DNA of 64,000 nt, taken from assembly GCF_009914755.1 (NCBI RefSeq), contig NC_060932.1. One strand, given 5' to 3'. Below, in pieces: positions 43,951 through 60,193 of the stretch. Within the stretch, counting starts at the first letter, position 1. Each line of letters begins with the position of its first letter. Origin of the DNA: the human T2T-CHM13v2.0 reference genome, Homo sapiens. Below the pieces are notes generated by a model that was not told the origin of the DNA, ran no database searches, and saw only the letters and a program-made list of their open reading frames with translations. The position numbers and the translations under genes are program-made.

Positions 43951-45789
43951 TTAGCTCATCTATGCATGCAGTGTAGCATTAATACAAGCTTATTTCAGTA
44001 ATGCATATCTTCCATTTTTACAACATTGTTCTTTAAGAAAATGTCTTTGAGGTTCTAATGTGAGGAGGTGGTGAAGAACAGAGCTTTTTCCCCCTGTCAG
44101 TCCTGGAGTAGTGGGAAAGGAAGCAGGTGCTGGAATAGAGAATTGAAACGGGGTATGTCTATAACCCTCAATGCCACAATATGCCAACTCTGTACATTTC
44201 TATATTTGTATAGGATTTGGGAATCTTAGGTCAGTAACTGTCTAGGAGAAAAAACAACAGCAAAAACAAAACAAAGAGCAGTATCACAAGGGAAGAAAGT
44301 AGCTAGAATCTAGACTCAAAATGATGCAGACTTGAACTGTTCTAAGTTACCCAAATGTTTCCAAGTAGTGGCCTTCTAGGACTTTATTATTTTGAAACAC
44401 TTTTTAGATTGCACTCAAGAGAATAGACAAAAGTTGCCAAGTATTAGATCTAATACCTTGCATGTAAGAACTTCTGTGTTCCACGTTTGATAAACTTGTT
44501 CTTGGTGTTCAAAGGTCACCAAACTACCACTACCAAAAATCAAGCAAAAAAGGATTCGTAATACTTCATTGTAGGCATTGGAATAATATTTACAGAATTC
44601 TTGAGGCCAGCTTATCTTTTATCCCTTCCCCAGCCTTCAATATCTACCAGAGGTAAATGATTAGGAAGTTACCAAAATAGAGTAGATCATCCAATCATGG
44701 AGGAGATTGCTACCAGTTCTTAGCTTTGGAATGCATTTTTGTGTCTTATATTTTATATGGAAAGAGTTTTATATGGAAGAAAATATATATTCTTCATATA
44801 TTTTATATGGAAGAGTTGCTTTCTAGTTACAAAGTCATTCAAATGAAATTTTTAAAACAAATAGAAATAATCCTGGCTTTAGCCATAATCCTAGAAGTAA
44901 TGTCAAAAGCCTCACTTTTTTTTTTCCAAAGCCCTTTGTCCAGCTACAGTGTTCTTTAGTGATAGGGAGCGCTTACAGTGAGATGAAGCCTTTACAGTGA
45001 AATAGACTGCAATCCTGGAAGTACTATAAGCATCATTATTTAACTTCTCTGAGACATAAATTTCTTAATTATGAAATAAGCATGGTTTTTATCTACCAAA
45101 TTGTGTTTTACTAAAAATTTTTAAGATGGCGTAAGTGACTTAGTACATCGTTTGACACATCATAAGCATTTTATACCAGTCAGAAAAGTAAAAATCACAC
45201 ATCAGAGATTTTAAAACAAGGAAGTGTTGAAGCTGGTATTGGAGAACTAAAAAAATAACACAGAGGTAACACGGAGTAATAGCAGGACTCAACTACTACC
45301 CATATGGCTGCAGGAGCAAAAGAAAGGGACGGAGTTTTAGAATGCAAAAGCTTGGAGGAGGGGTCCTATAAAGCTGGGACTCAGACTTCAGAGCAGAGAG
45401 CAGGTGGCTGAGCTGGTGCTGGTACTCCTAAAGGTATACTAAGAGGCTGGGGCAATGAGCTGATTTCATTCATTTTTCTTCTCTCTGGAATCACTGTTCT
45501 TTTTGGGTGATATCCTTTGTCTTGAAAACAATTTTCATATAATTTGTCCATTTTTTGTTGTTTCAGGTGGAAGGATAAATCTGGCCCCTTTTACTCCATC
45601 TTGGCTAGAAAGGGACGTCTCTAATGTTTTCTAGGCAAACAGGTTAGCAACTTAGCCACTTTTTAAAGATGAGTTCAATAGGTTCTGTCTCATGTTGTTT
45701 AGTTTTTCAGTGTACTTATAAAATCAGGCAATCGTTTTGGCATAGTTTAGATATAATGCCCTTTAATGACATGCAGCTTTCTAGGATCT

Positions 45790-46340
45790 AAGACCAAAAA
45801 CTTTTAAATCACTCTTAACTCTCTCCTGCTTTCAAATCCAATCCATCAATACATTCTGTAGCTCTAACTTAGAAAGTCTTACTACTTCTCATTCTCTCCA
45901 CTGTCATCCCCACTGCAAGGCACCATCAGCACATGCCTAGAATACTGTTAAGACTTCCTAATTGACTTACTTCTGAGTTTTTGAACCCAACAGCCATGAT
46001 TCCCTTAAACTGTACATCAGATTATGTCGCTCGTCCCCTAAATACTTTCCAGTGGCTCCCATTTTTCTCAGAGTAAAAGCCAAAGTTCTTGCAATGGCCT
46101 TTGAGGCACACCATAATCTGTCTCTACTATTATCTCTCTGCATTCATCTCATGCTACTCTCTCCCTTGCTCTGTCTACTCCTGCCACACTTAATATCTTT
46201 CTTGTCTTCAATCACAGCATGCTCCTACCTTAGGGCCTTTATACAGTCTCTTCCCTCTGCCTAGAATGCCCTCCCCTGAGTTATATGCCAGGCTCATTTT
46301 CTCTCTGCCTTCATAGCTTTACTCAAGTGTCATATTTTCT
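45790..46340. mobile_element. L2 fragment
   Basis: ttccagtggctcccatttttctcagagtaaaagccaaag...ttccctctgcctagaatgccct. Confidence 0.7.
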
Positions 46341-46359
46341 GCTCCCATCAGCATGACCT

Positions 46360-46927
46360 CAACAATCTTTCTTTAGGCTGCCAGCAGCAGTAGGTTACAG
46401 TTGCTGCAATTAATTTCAGTTCACAATTTTTTATTGTCTCTGAGCCAACCTCATGGCACTGCCTCAGAGAAACCAGCACAAACCATCTGGAACCTTCTCC
46501 CTCTTCTCATACATCTCAGACCCAACCCGATGGGGCCCCATAGGAGCAGTGCCTCCTCTGAGGCCTAAATTTCAGCTCTTACTGGTCGCAGTGGCTTGTG
46601 TCTGTAATCCCAGCACTTTGGGAGGCTGAGGTGGGAAGATCATTTGAAAGCCAGGTGATCAAGAACAGCCTGGGCAATATAGAGAGACCCCGTCTCCACA
46701 CACACACACACACACACACATTCTTAAGTGTTACCTGCTTTCTGAAGTTGCTACTTGTGTGAAATCTTAATGTTCTTTTTATGCCATTTAAGCTTTTTAT
46801 ACCTGTTAACAAATCTTCATATTAAATTCTCCCTATTATTACATAATATAACCAGTATGGTTTCTAAGTCCTGACTGAACCCAGAGCGATAAAGAAATTA
46901 GTACTAGGAGTAAGTTTTTAAAGATAA
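46360..46927 (+). mobile_element. ERVL-class LTR 3' part and start of internal sequence, with an Alu monomer and (CA)n inserted (46582-46720)
   Basis: Ends ggtttctaagtcctgactgaacccagagcgata, then aattagtactaggagt, similar to the ERVL internal start aattggtaccaggagt. Confidence 0.55.
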
Positions 46928-48969
46928 TGTCTGAGTGCATTCTCTGTTGCTTATAACAAAACACCTGAAACTGGGTAATTTATAAGGAAAAGGAATTTTT
47001 GTTTTCAGTTTTTTTTTAATTGATACATAACTGTACGTATTTATGGGGTACATGTGATATTTTGATCCATGCATATATATAATGTGCAATGATCAAATCA
47101 AGGTATTTAGGATATCTGTCACCTCAAATACTTACCATGTCTTTGTGTTGAGAACATTCAAAATCTTCTTTTCCAGCTATTTTGAAATATACAATAAATG
47201 ATTGTTAACTATTGTCACTCTACTGTGCTATCAAACACTAGAAGTTATTTCTTCTGTCTAACTGTATTTTTATACCCATTGACCAACCTCTCTTCATCAC
47301 CCCCACCCGCTTCTCGGCCTCTAGTAACTATTGTTCTACTCTCCACCTCCATGAGATAAACGTTTTTATCTCCCACATTTGAGAACATGTGATATTTGTC
47401 TTTCTGTGCCTGGCTTATTTCCAGGCACAGGTCATTACATAATGACCTCCAGTTCCATCCATGTTGCTGCAAATGACCAGATTTTATTTTTTTATGTGGC
47501 TGAATAGTATTCCAATGTGCATCTACACCACATTTTCTTTATCCATTCATCCATTGATGGACACTTAGGCTGATTCCATATCTTGACTATTTTGAATAGT
47601 GCTGCAATAAACATGGGCATCCAGATATCTTTTTGATATACTGACTTCTTTTTTATTGAATATATACCAGCAGTGAGATTGCTGAAATATATAGTAGATC
47701 TATTTTTAGATCTAATTTTTAGGAAAGTCCATATTATTTTTCACTGTTGCTGTACTAATTTCCATTCCCACCAGCAGTGCATTAGCATTCCCCTTTCTCT
47801 ACATCTTCACCAGCACCTGTTATTTTTTTGTCTTTTTGATAACATACATTTTAACTGGGGTAAAATGTTATCTCTTTGTGGTTTTGATTTGCATTCCATA
47901 ATAACTAGTGATGCAGAGTATTTTTGCATGTGCCTGTTTCCCATTTGGATGTCTTCTTTTGAGAGATGTCTATTCAGATTGTTTGCCCATTTTTAATCAG
48001 TTTATTTGCTTTTTTGCTGTTGAGCTGTTTGAATTCCATAGATATGTTGTTTATTAATCCCTTGATGGATGAACAGTTTGCAAATATTTTCTCCTATTCT
48101 GTACATTGTCTCTTCACTCTGTTGATTGCTTCCTTTGTTATGCAGCAGCTTTTTGGCTTGATGTGATTTCATTTGTCCAATTTTGTATTTGTTGCCTGTG
48201 CTTTTACGGTCTTACCCAAAAAATTTTGCCCAGGCCAATTCATTTCTCCAATACTTTCTTCTAGTAGTTGTATAGTGTCAGGTCTTACATTTAAGGCTTT
48301 AATCCATTTTGATTTGATTTTTGTATTTGGTGAAAGAAAAGGGTCTGGTTTTTTTATTTCTATATATGGATATATAGTTTTCTCAGCACCATTTATTGAA
48401 AATACTATCCTTTTCCCACTGAATATTCTTGATGCCATTATCAAAAGTCAATTGGCTATAAATACATGGATTTATTTCTGGGTTCTCCATTCTGTTCCAT
48501 TGGTTTATGTGTCTGTTTTTGAGTTACTATAACCTTGCAGCATATTTTGAAGTCAAATAGTGTGATGACTCTAGCTTTGTCCTTTTCTTTTTGCTCAAGA
48601 TTGCTTTGGCTATTCAGGGTCTTCTGTGGTTCTTACAGTTATGGAGGCTGGGAAGTCCAGGATTATGGGATCACATATGGCAAGAGCCTTCTTGCTGGTG
48701 GGTACTCTCTGCAGAGTTCTGAGGCAGTGCAGGGCATCATATTGTGAGGGGACTGAGCATGCTAACTCAGGTCTCTCATACTCTTCTTACAAAGCCACCA
48801 TAATTCACTGACTCATTAATTCATTGATCCATGAATGGACTAATGTATTCTTGAGGGCAGAACCCTCATGACCTAATCTCCTCTTAAATGTCCCACCTCT
48901 CAATACTGCCACATTGGGGATTAAGTTTTAACATGAGTGTTAGTGGGTACAAACTTTCAAACCATAGCA
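46928..48969. mobile_element. MST-like MaLR solo LTR split in two (46928-~47000 and ~48626-48969) by an L1
   Basis: tgtctgagt...cacctgaaactgggtaatttataaggaaaagg joins to cagttatggaggctgggaagtcc...ttcaaaccatagca; 5-bp TSD gataa/gatga. Confidence 0.8.
47008..48625 (-). mobile_element. 5'-truncated L1MA-like element
   Basis: Poly-T, then L1 3'UTR and ORF2 end; track ORF 48169..48444 is ORF2-like (DPFLSPNTKIKSKWIKALNVRPDTIQLLEE). Confidence 0.9.
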
Positions 48970-50200
48970 GATGAGATTTGTGGTTTAAGTTGGTTGCATC
49001 CTTGCTCTTCAAAGTAGGTTTGAGCTCCTTGCTAATAGAAAATGAAGTGGTAATGGCATCACAGTTAGATTAATTATTATGTGTATTGATTGTGATGAAG
49101 TGTGTATCCTGATGGCTGTAGCACTTGTCCATGAAGGCAAGAATGGAATGGAATGACTTCTTTTGAATGCTGTGGAGTTCTTATCCAAAGAAAATGACAA
49201 ACTCATATCATTATACTCTCAGTTTAAGTCATGTTCAGAGAACTAGAAAGCATGTGCAAGGACCTAAAATTAATATTTTTATAATGGCAGAGCTGACTTT
49301 GCTGACAATGAGGTGCAAAATTTAGTTGTGTGGGGTAGAGTTACAATGTAAGTTGAATTCACGTCTTCACTAAGTTTCTCACTTGAAAACTAGGGCAGTC
49401 ATTGGGAAAGAGTGAAATAATGACACTTGGAATGGGGACATCTGGGTGATCACAGCTGAAAATTTGGAGCTCTAGAATCACTCTGAGCCTCTCTTGACAG
49501 TAGAAGCAAACTGCCTTTCAGTGTCTGAAAAGACTAACTCTTTTTGCTTGATGGCCTTATCTGGAGCAGTTGCCTTGCAAGAAGGTGCCTTTCTCCCTAG
49601 GACTCACTGCAACCATACATGGTTGCCACTACAACCAAAATTAGATAAGATCTCCCCATGTTCTAGGAGGACAAGGGTAAGGTCTGACCCTGGAGGAAAC
49701 GTTATACTCTAAAAGAATTTAAAGATGTTCGTTTATATTGACAGAGATCTGGGTAATACATATTGGAGTGGATTCTAAGGATATTAAACCAAGGAGAACA
49801 AACTACAACACTTCATTAGTCCAACTTTATTCATATGACTTCATTTACCAGAGACTCTTCATTTAATTGTTAGCTTGTGCAGCTAGCAATTTATTCTAAC
49901 AATTTATCCCTAACAATTTACTTGGTTAATTGACTTGGTTAGTTGAAACTTGGGCTCAACAGCAGACTGATATTTAATGAGACTGAGATTCTAGAATTTC
50001 CTTGGTCTGACATAGAGAAGGAATCCAAAATCTTAAGGAAATTAGAATTTGGGAATAGTCTATCATATGCTAGGCCCAGAAGATACTTCCTTCACTAAAG
50101 TATGAGAAATAAGTGAGAGGAGCATGAGTGTCCTTAAAGAGCTCTGTGGTAACTGTTGTGTAGATGGGATACCATGGTGAGAGGTGCCACCACAACACAA
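48970..50200 (+). mobile_element. ERVL gag remnant
   Basis: Degenerate frames read GKE*NNDTWNGDIWV and YTLKE...EWILRILNQG, similar to ERVL gag (GKEWDPETWDGDIW; YVWEWILRVWD). Confidence 0.75.
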
Positions 50201-50204
50201 TTAA

Positions 50205-50565
<361 letters not shown>

Positions 50566-51084
50566 TAAATCTACAGCTCCAAAAAGTAATCTTTCTGATC
50601 AGTTCAGGGCATAAGAGTTCATGTAGGGTGGATTTCTCAGGCTTTACAAGTTCAGGTTAGTAGTTTTAATAATGCATTTATTTATCATATTCATTATTAC
50701 ATAAAAAGACTCTAAAAGAAACTCTAATAATTATTTTCTTGATTTCTGGAGATGCATTCTGGCATGCTTCTCCAGAAATTAAGACCTATTTTGAAGTCTG
50801 GCCTTGGTATTGATTAGCTGAGGAACTTTAAGGAAACCATTTAGCCTATCTGAGTCTCAGTTTAATCTCAAAGAGAAAATGAAGTTATGCATAGAAAGTT
50901 TAAACATAGTGCCTGACACTTAGCAAGACTCAATAACAGCTGTTATCATTGTTATTATTTCATTTTCCATCTCAGGTTGTCAATTGACTTATTCAAATAA
51001 AACATGATTTTCCCAAACTTATAGACAGGAAATATTCAACATTAATTCTACTGTTAAATAAACCTAAACGCCTCCTCTTTCTTT

Positions 51085-52022
<938 letters not shown>

Positions 52023-52218
52023 CGCCTTCTCTTTCTTTAGTTGGTGTTTTTTAAATTTCTGTTCTAGCAATATTTTGGCTACGTCTGAATCAAATAATAT
52101 GGTTTTGTTTAAAACCCCAGACTTTTCCCAGCTTAAAAAGAACAGGTTATGCCTCACTAGGAATAACTCCATATTCCTTAAATATCTTGACTGATGATTA
52201 CTGACTTGAGCTGAATTA

Positions 52219-52730
<512 letters not shown>

Positions 52731-54593
52731 TTATACATTCCTGGAGATTAGTACACCCATGTGATGTCTTTCCAATATATCACTTCTCTATGGAGTTGAT
52801 CAAGATCAGCAAGCATGACTTCATTCTCCTTCTATCCCCGGCTCTCATGCAGTGTCTGGTGCACAGCAGATGTGCAGCAAATCCTGAATTACAACATCAC
52901 TCAGGAGCTGTGGTATGTCTTGTTTGATTTGGTTTATTTAGATCAGTTTCCCAACCATCCCTGAGAGATATGCACTTCGATCAACCACAGTAAATGATTT
53001 TCTACTTTAATGATTCTCAACTGCATAAAGGAAATGAGAAGACAGGAGGCATGCTGCTCATCTCTCCTGGAAATGTGCAGTTGCTGTTGTTGTATTTTTG
53101 TGGGTTGTTTTTTCAGTTGAGTACTCAAACATCCCTAGATTTTATCAGATTGTTGACAAATGAAATCATATTAACACCTACATCCAATGTCATGCTCCTG
53201 TTCATGAAAAACTCTAGCCCTTGAAAGTCCATCCTTCTCCCAGCCCCTGGCCCCCAGGTGTTCCTGAGAGTCATCAGGGATGTCTTTCCTGGGTTCTCCT
53301 GGTATCTGCTAACTATCCCTTCAGCACAAGGCTTCCTGCATTGGTTCTTATTGCCTATGAGAGTATCTTCATGACCACAGTAGGCAAGACACCCTAATGC
53401 CAAAGCCAGGAGCACCGTTTTTCAAAGTTCCCATAGCTACTGACTGTGGAGGTGTCAGAGCAGTGCTGGGCTCCTTTCCAATAGGGGGACTGCTTCTCCT
53501 CTGTCTTTGCAGCAAGCTGTTACTTGGGCCTGCAGTAGAGCTGCTCACATCCACAGCCATGCACAGGGCCTCAGGAAAACTGCTCTTTCAGCGTCTGCCT
53601 CGAATCCTCTCTCTGTCCAGTCCAAGTAGCTGAGGGTACAGATATCTTTGTGTGCCTTCCATTGTCCTCTTCGTCATTTCAGTACACCAAAAAATAAACA
53701 AGCACTTCTTCCACATCTACCAGACGACTGAGATCCCCCATATATCAATTCAGACAAATAGGCAATGACAGGCCTCAGGTTCAAACGGTAAAACTCTATA
53801 TCCTCATCTGGACTCAGCTGTGGCATCCTGCTACACATTTTAAGACAAATGGAAGCTTGTTTATTCATTAGTATAATGTAGTATTACACTTGGTTCATAA
53901 TTGTACACCATAAACCTCTTTCTACCTAACTGTTCCAATCTAAGTTCACTTTGTTATGGTTGTAAGGTTAATAACTGGGCAACATGGATTCTGGTTCTAA
54001 TTCTTCCTGAAACCATCTGAGTGATAGTAAAGTGTACAATTAACTGTCTCGGGCCTGTTCCCCCAACCACAAAATAAAGTGTTCAGTCCACACAGTTTCT
54101 AAAATCCCTCCTAAGCCTGAGAGTGCATGAGGTTTTGTGCTAATAAAACAGAATATTCTTTGCAGTGGCTTTCAGTGATGTTGGTAGTGGATATGGAGTT
54201 CTCTGTCATAACAGTTTAGTATTACATTAGGATGTCAATTACTGCCTTAGTTCTAGACATGGTTTCTTATCTTTTCATATATAACTGAGGTGTACCTGCA
54301 AGGTGCGCTGTATTCTATTTATTAAAAAATATTATTTTCCCAATAAAGTGCAGATTATGTTGAATTTAGAGGGTGGACATAAAATGCATCATAAGAAAAA
54401 AATCAACATGAAGTGCCTCTCTGAAAATATCCCAGCCTTGCATTGAACAGGATATATCATCCTGGATTCTCATGGCCGCGAATGCCAAAGTACTACATGA
54501 TACAGGCATGTGCAATTTGGCAAGCAAAATTATTGATGCTTGTGCAAAGAAAGGCTCTCTCATATTAATAGTCGTAATATTTTACTTTGGAGT

Positions 54594-54599
54594 TTTATT
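54594..54599 (-). terminator. Probable FABP12 polyadenylation signal AATAAA
   Basis: tttatt on the + strand, about 40 nt past the stop codon. Confidence 0.6.
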
Positions 54600-54639
54600 T
54601 AAACAACCTCAGTAGTTTGGATGACAGCTTGAGAAAGCC

Positions 54640-54714
54640 TTAAGAGTTTGAGACTGAGTTTGATGATACTTTCTCGTATGTTCGTGTACAGATAACACTG
54701 TTCACAGTACTTTC
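54640..54714 (-). CDS. FABP12: FABP12 coding exon 4 (ESTVNSVICTRTYEKVSSNSVSNS*)
   Basis: TAG acceptor, 75 nt to TAA. Total 423 nt, i.e. 140 aa plus stop. Confidence 0.96.
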   Translation of the reverse strand, partial: ESTVNSVICTRTYEKVSSNSVSNS

Positions 54715-54827
54715 CTACAAGACAAAAGAAATATGAGGTATTTCAGTATAGTTAGTGAAATTAACATTTAGAAAAGTGCAAACTAAGTACTATCCACACA
54801 TACATTCCTTAAAAATATTGAAAGAGA

Positions 54828-55201
<374 letters not shown>

Positions 55202-56613
55202 TTAGCTGGTTTTGCCATGTTCTATATAACCTATGTATGGCGAATCACATACATGTGGTATATTTCGGGTATATATAATGTTTATATATGTATAAAGCAA
55301 GGCATACAATTTGGAATTTAAGTTTTTATTTAAATATTTTAAATGCCAACATTGATGCATTTTGCTATTTTACATACTCTACACTTTCTAAATGATAATA
55401 CTAGCTTACATTGATGTAGTATTTTATGGTTTTCAGGGCACTAATATACACATGATGATACTTAATTCTCTCAGAAAACCTTTGGCAAAGACACTTTCTA
55501 CATCTTGAAGGCAAGGAATCTGAATCTTGAAGAGATTAAATGAATTGTCCAAAGTCACGTAAGTACTGAATGGCAGGGGTGGAAATCCACATCCTTTGAT
55601 TCTGAGTGTAGCATTCTTCCTAATGAAGTATAAAAGCTTTCTGTTTATTGGCTAATGTCATTATAAACAGCAATAAAATCAATCATCCTTAGTCTTCCCC
55701 TTGTGAATTTATAAGGAATAAAATGTACTCTTCATTGTAGAAAGAAAAAAAATCACTGTATTAAGAAACAAGGTTAGATTTTTGTAACCTACACACGAAT
55801 CTTGCATATTCCCTTAGAACTATTTTATATTATGTAGAAAGTTACCTTTTTACTCATTTTGGTATAGGTGGGGGTTTGGGAGAAGGAAAATCATGAACAC
55901 ACATTCTTCTACTCTGGAGAAGTGGGGAAGGTGACCTGGGAAACCATCTGAAAGGGAGCAGGATGGATTCTATAAAATATAGAGTGTTCAATGAAAACAA
56001 CCTGATGCTCCTCCCAGTACCATCACATTTTTCTAGCTGCATATCCTTAGGTAAGTCAATGTCTGAATTTCAGTTTCCTCACTGTTAAATGGGATAATAA
56101 GCTTTACCTTACAGGATTATTGTGGAAATTGGGAAATAATATTAATATATGAAAACATAGGGGCATGATAGTGACATGTATTAACTCATTCATACACCAA
56201 AAAAACACCACTTCAGCTTCTTATCCCTGGTCTAGAATTCCTTTTCATGTTTTTGTTTGGTGTTGAGATGGAAAAACAGTGAGAAGTTAATCCTGGAGTG
56301 GAGTAGAGGATTGGCAACAACCCTCAACCCCTGCTAAAATCTTCATTGCACAAATACATGCTTGCTTTGTTTTACCTGTGAGTCAAAGGATTAGGCTGCA
56401 TAATATTTTCATTCTCTTTAGTTTTTTAGTTCCTCAATCCACACACATTTTATATAATGCTTACGATTATACATTTATCTCATAATTTTTTTCTCATTCT
56501 TTAAACTATGAGAACAAGGAAAATGGCATTCATTTTCATTGTTTGAGAACAAGTTGTGATTTTATATTAGTCGTTGCAGAAGGTGGGAAGAAAGCGAGGA
56601 TGGGCTAACTCAC

Positions 56614-56715
56614 CACCACCATTTTCCCATCCACCAGCTTTCTCGTTATGGTGGTTTCTTTGCCATCCCAGTCCTGAACTTGAATCAGGGACTCCTTATC
56701 TAAGGTTACTTTACT
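56614..56715 (-). CDS. FABP12: FABP12 coding exon 3 ([34 protein letters not shown])
   Basis: 102 nt, polypyrimidine tract plus CAG acceptor, GTGAGT donor; manual translation. Confidence 0.96.
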
Positions 56716-56947
56716 CTGAAAAACAGAAAAAACTAAATTCAGATCAGCTTGTCATATTTCAACATTAAAATTTTATCAGGCAGCAAATTCTTTTTAGCTG
56801 TTGTAATACTCTCAGGTAGTTTTAGAATGGTATTGACAACTCTATTTATTTTAAGACTTTGTCAGCAGTAAAATTGTTGCCTAATTCTGCTGAAGAAAAA
56901 AGGTTTTACAAGAGTAAAACTGTAATATTATCTTGAAGAATAAGTAA

Positions 56948-57255
<308 letters not shown>

Positions 57256-57338
57256 ATGAAATGTTCTTTTTATCTTTGACTGTGTAAGCAGAGTATTATC
57301 TTTTTGCATAAAGAATTACAAATACATTTTAACTTTCA

Positions 57339-57599
<261 letters not shown>

Positions 57600-57663
57600 T
57601 TATATGAGCTTACTTAAAAGAAAGAAGGCCTCTTTCCTCTTCTTATCCCAATAATATTTTCCA

Positions 57664-57972
57664 GTTTTTTTTGTTGTTGTTGTTGTTTTTGGAGATAGGG
57701 TATCACTGTGTCATCCAGGCTGGAATGCAGTGGTGCAATCATGGCTCACTGTAGCTTCAACCTCCTGTGCTCCAGCAATCCTCCCACCTTAGCCTCCTGA
57801 GTAGCTGGAACTATAGGCACGCACCACCACAGTGGCTAATCTTTGTGTTTTTTGTAGAGGCGGGATCCTGCTATGTTGTTCAGGCTGGTCGTAGACTCCT
57901 GGCATCAAGCAATCCTCCTGTTTTGGCCTCCCAAAGTGCTGGGATTACAGGCATGAGCTACCGCACCCAACC
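57664..57972 (-). mobile_element. AluJ
   Basis: Diverged full-length antisense Alu. Confidence 0.9.
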
Positions 57973-59031
57973 TAGCTTTTTTATTCTAGTAGATTTTTAA
58001 GAATTTAGCATAGAAATCCATATTAAGCATTTAAGTCAAAAATTTTCTTCCATTTTATATGGTACAAGAATTTAAACTCTCATATTCATTTAGTAACTAT
58101 TACAGTGGCATGATAGTTCCTTTTATCAGGATATTATCCTCCATATAGTTTAACAATCCTCTATTGAGTTCATTCATTCAAATAATAAATATTTATTGAA
58201 CAACTGTCATGACCAAGCACGGGGTTCTGTGAAACAGACAGGAAATCCTGTTTTGGATGAGCTCTTACATTCTGGTGTAGGGAAAAAGACTGTAAACAAT
58301 ACGTGTAGAAGTAAATTACATATTATAAATAAATAATATATTCCTGAGATATGTGCCCTTGAGATATGAATGAAAACTCTGTGTGGCACTTTCAGGGTGA
58401 GACAATAAAAAGCCCATGTCTCTTTATCCTGGTGTTGGAGAAGACCAGGATGTCCACAGGTGGTAGTTGAACCTCTTTTGGCATGGATCCCTGAGAGATT
58501 AGGGGGAGCAGATTTCCTGTTTACTCCACTACACACACACAAACTTCCCCAATGCCACCCAACACTACGTATGTACTATAAGTTAGAAATAAATCCCCAT
58601 TGTGTTAACTCACTCCAGGCTTGTGGTTCATTGTCACGGTGGCATAACCTTACCTCTGCCAGCTAATACGAGGTTTATTCACTGTAATTCTATGTGTAGA
58701 AAACTGCTACAAAATGGATAGGGAAAACTTTTGTTTCTGAGAGGACTAAACAGTAATCTAGGGAAATGATTCTCAAAATGTGGTCTGCTAAGCGTCTGCA
58801 TCAGATTCATTAAAAATGCAATTTTCAGGGCCTCTGGCAGTGAGCAGGAGGCATTTTTCACAAGCATCCCAGAAGATTTGTATCTTCACATTGACATCCT
58901 TAGACCTATGTTTTAGACAAAAGTTCCTCTTAAGGACTTTAGATATGTTTGCTAGAATTGCTTACTTACCGAGGATGATATCTGACTAACATTCTTTTGA
59001 AATGTGTCTGAAAGACTGTCGTAGGCCTCAC

Positions 59032-59204
59032 CTTTGTTTTGTGGCCACCTGGCGTGATTTCCTCAAACTCTTCTCCCAGCTTAAAGGAGATCTCATTATT
59101 TTTAAAGATGCTTTTGGTTTTTATTGTGATGACATCTCCATCTGTACTGATGGTCACAGTGGGTTTTGCCAAACGGCCCAGTTTCCTGCTGGCTCTTCCT
59201 ATAC
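59032..59204 (-). CDS. FABP12: FABP12 coding exon 2 ([58 protein letters not shown])
   Basis: 173 nt, CAG acceptor, GTGAGG donor; lies inside track ORF 58966..59241. Confidence 0.96.
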
Positions 59205-60193
59205 CTGGAAACCAGATAAAAGGAGTATTATCTTTTTGCATAAAGAATTACAAATACATTACATTACAATACAATACTTAAATCTGTTGTTGACTCCAAA
59301 AACTCAACATTATCTGTATAATTCTTTGCTAACTAGGAGGTTTGCGAATTGAACAGATTTAATGGTGCATGACTTCACATATCCCAAGCCAGCAGCTCCA
59401 CCATGACATGTTAAAATAGACTATCTTTGCAGAAAAAAAATCTGTCTCTAGTTGTTGTTTAGTGAGTATTCTTTTTCACTAGTCCAGTAGCTATTAATCT
59501 TACTGATTTTTGAACCCCTTTGAAAATCTGATTAAAGCTATCAACTATCTCCCTATTTTAAAATTATATCCACTCACATACAAACAAAATACTTTGGTAT
59601 GGATTTTGCCAGATATTTAGCTCTTCACTTGTATTCTTACATGTATATATATATGGGTTTGTTTCCTCAATGATGTATGTTTTTATTGTGGTAAAATATT
59701 TATAACATATATTTACCATTTGAAGTTACAATTCAGTGGTATTGAGAACATCACAATGTTGTGCAAGCATCACCATTATTTATAGGATTTTAAAAAATAT
59801 GTTATATCTACTGTTTTTCAACTTGCTTTTTCCCCTTATCTTGTCTTGGAAGTTTTCCCCTTATCTATGTCTTGAAAATTTTCCATGTCACTCTATATAG
59901 ATATATACTTTTTCATAGTACATAATATTCCACAGTGTGTATAGACCAAAATTTATTTTGTCTGTCTCCCTGTTGATGAACAATTCATTTGTTTCCATTT
60001 TGGTTATTACAAATAATTATGCAGTGAACATCCTTGTATACACAGCTCTGTGCAGCACATGTAGGAGTATTTTCAGTAGAAATAGCATTACATATACTGC
60101 AATACCTAAGTTAAAATTCTAAGGGAAGATATATTGGGAAAATACTATAATGTAGTTCATGGAATTCATATCATAAAACACAATCACAGGATG

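Noticed and set aside
53125-53633. GC-richer block with overlapping ORFs downstream of FABP12
   Set aside because: No recognisable protein similarity or splice structure; more likely an old LTR or unique non-coding DNA.
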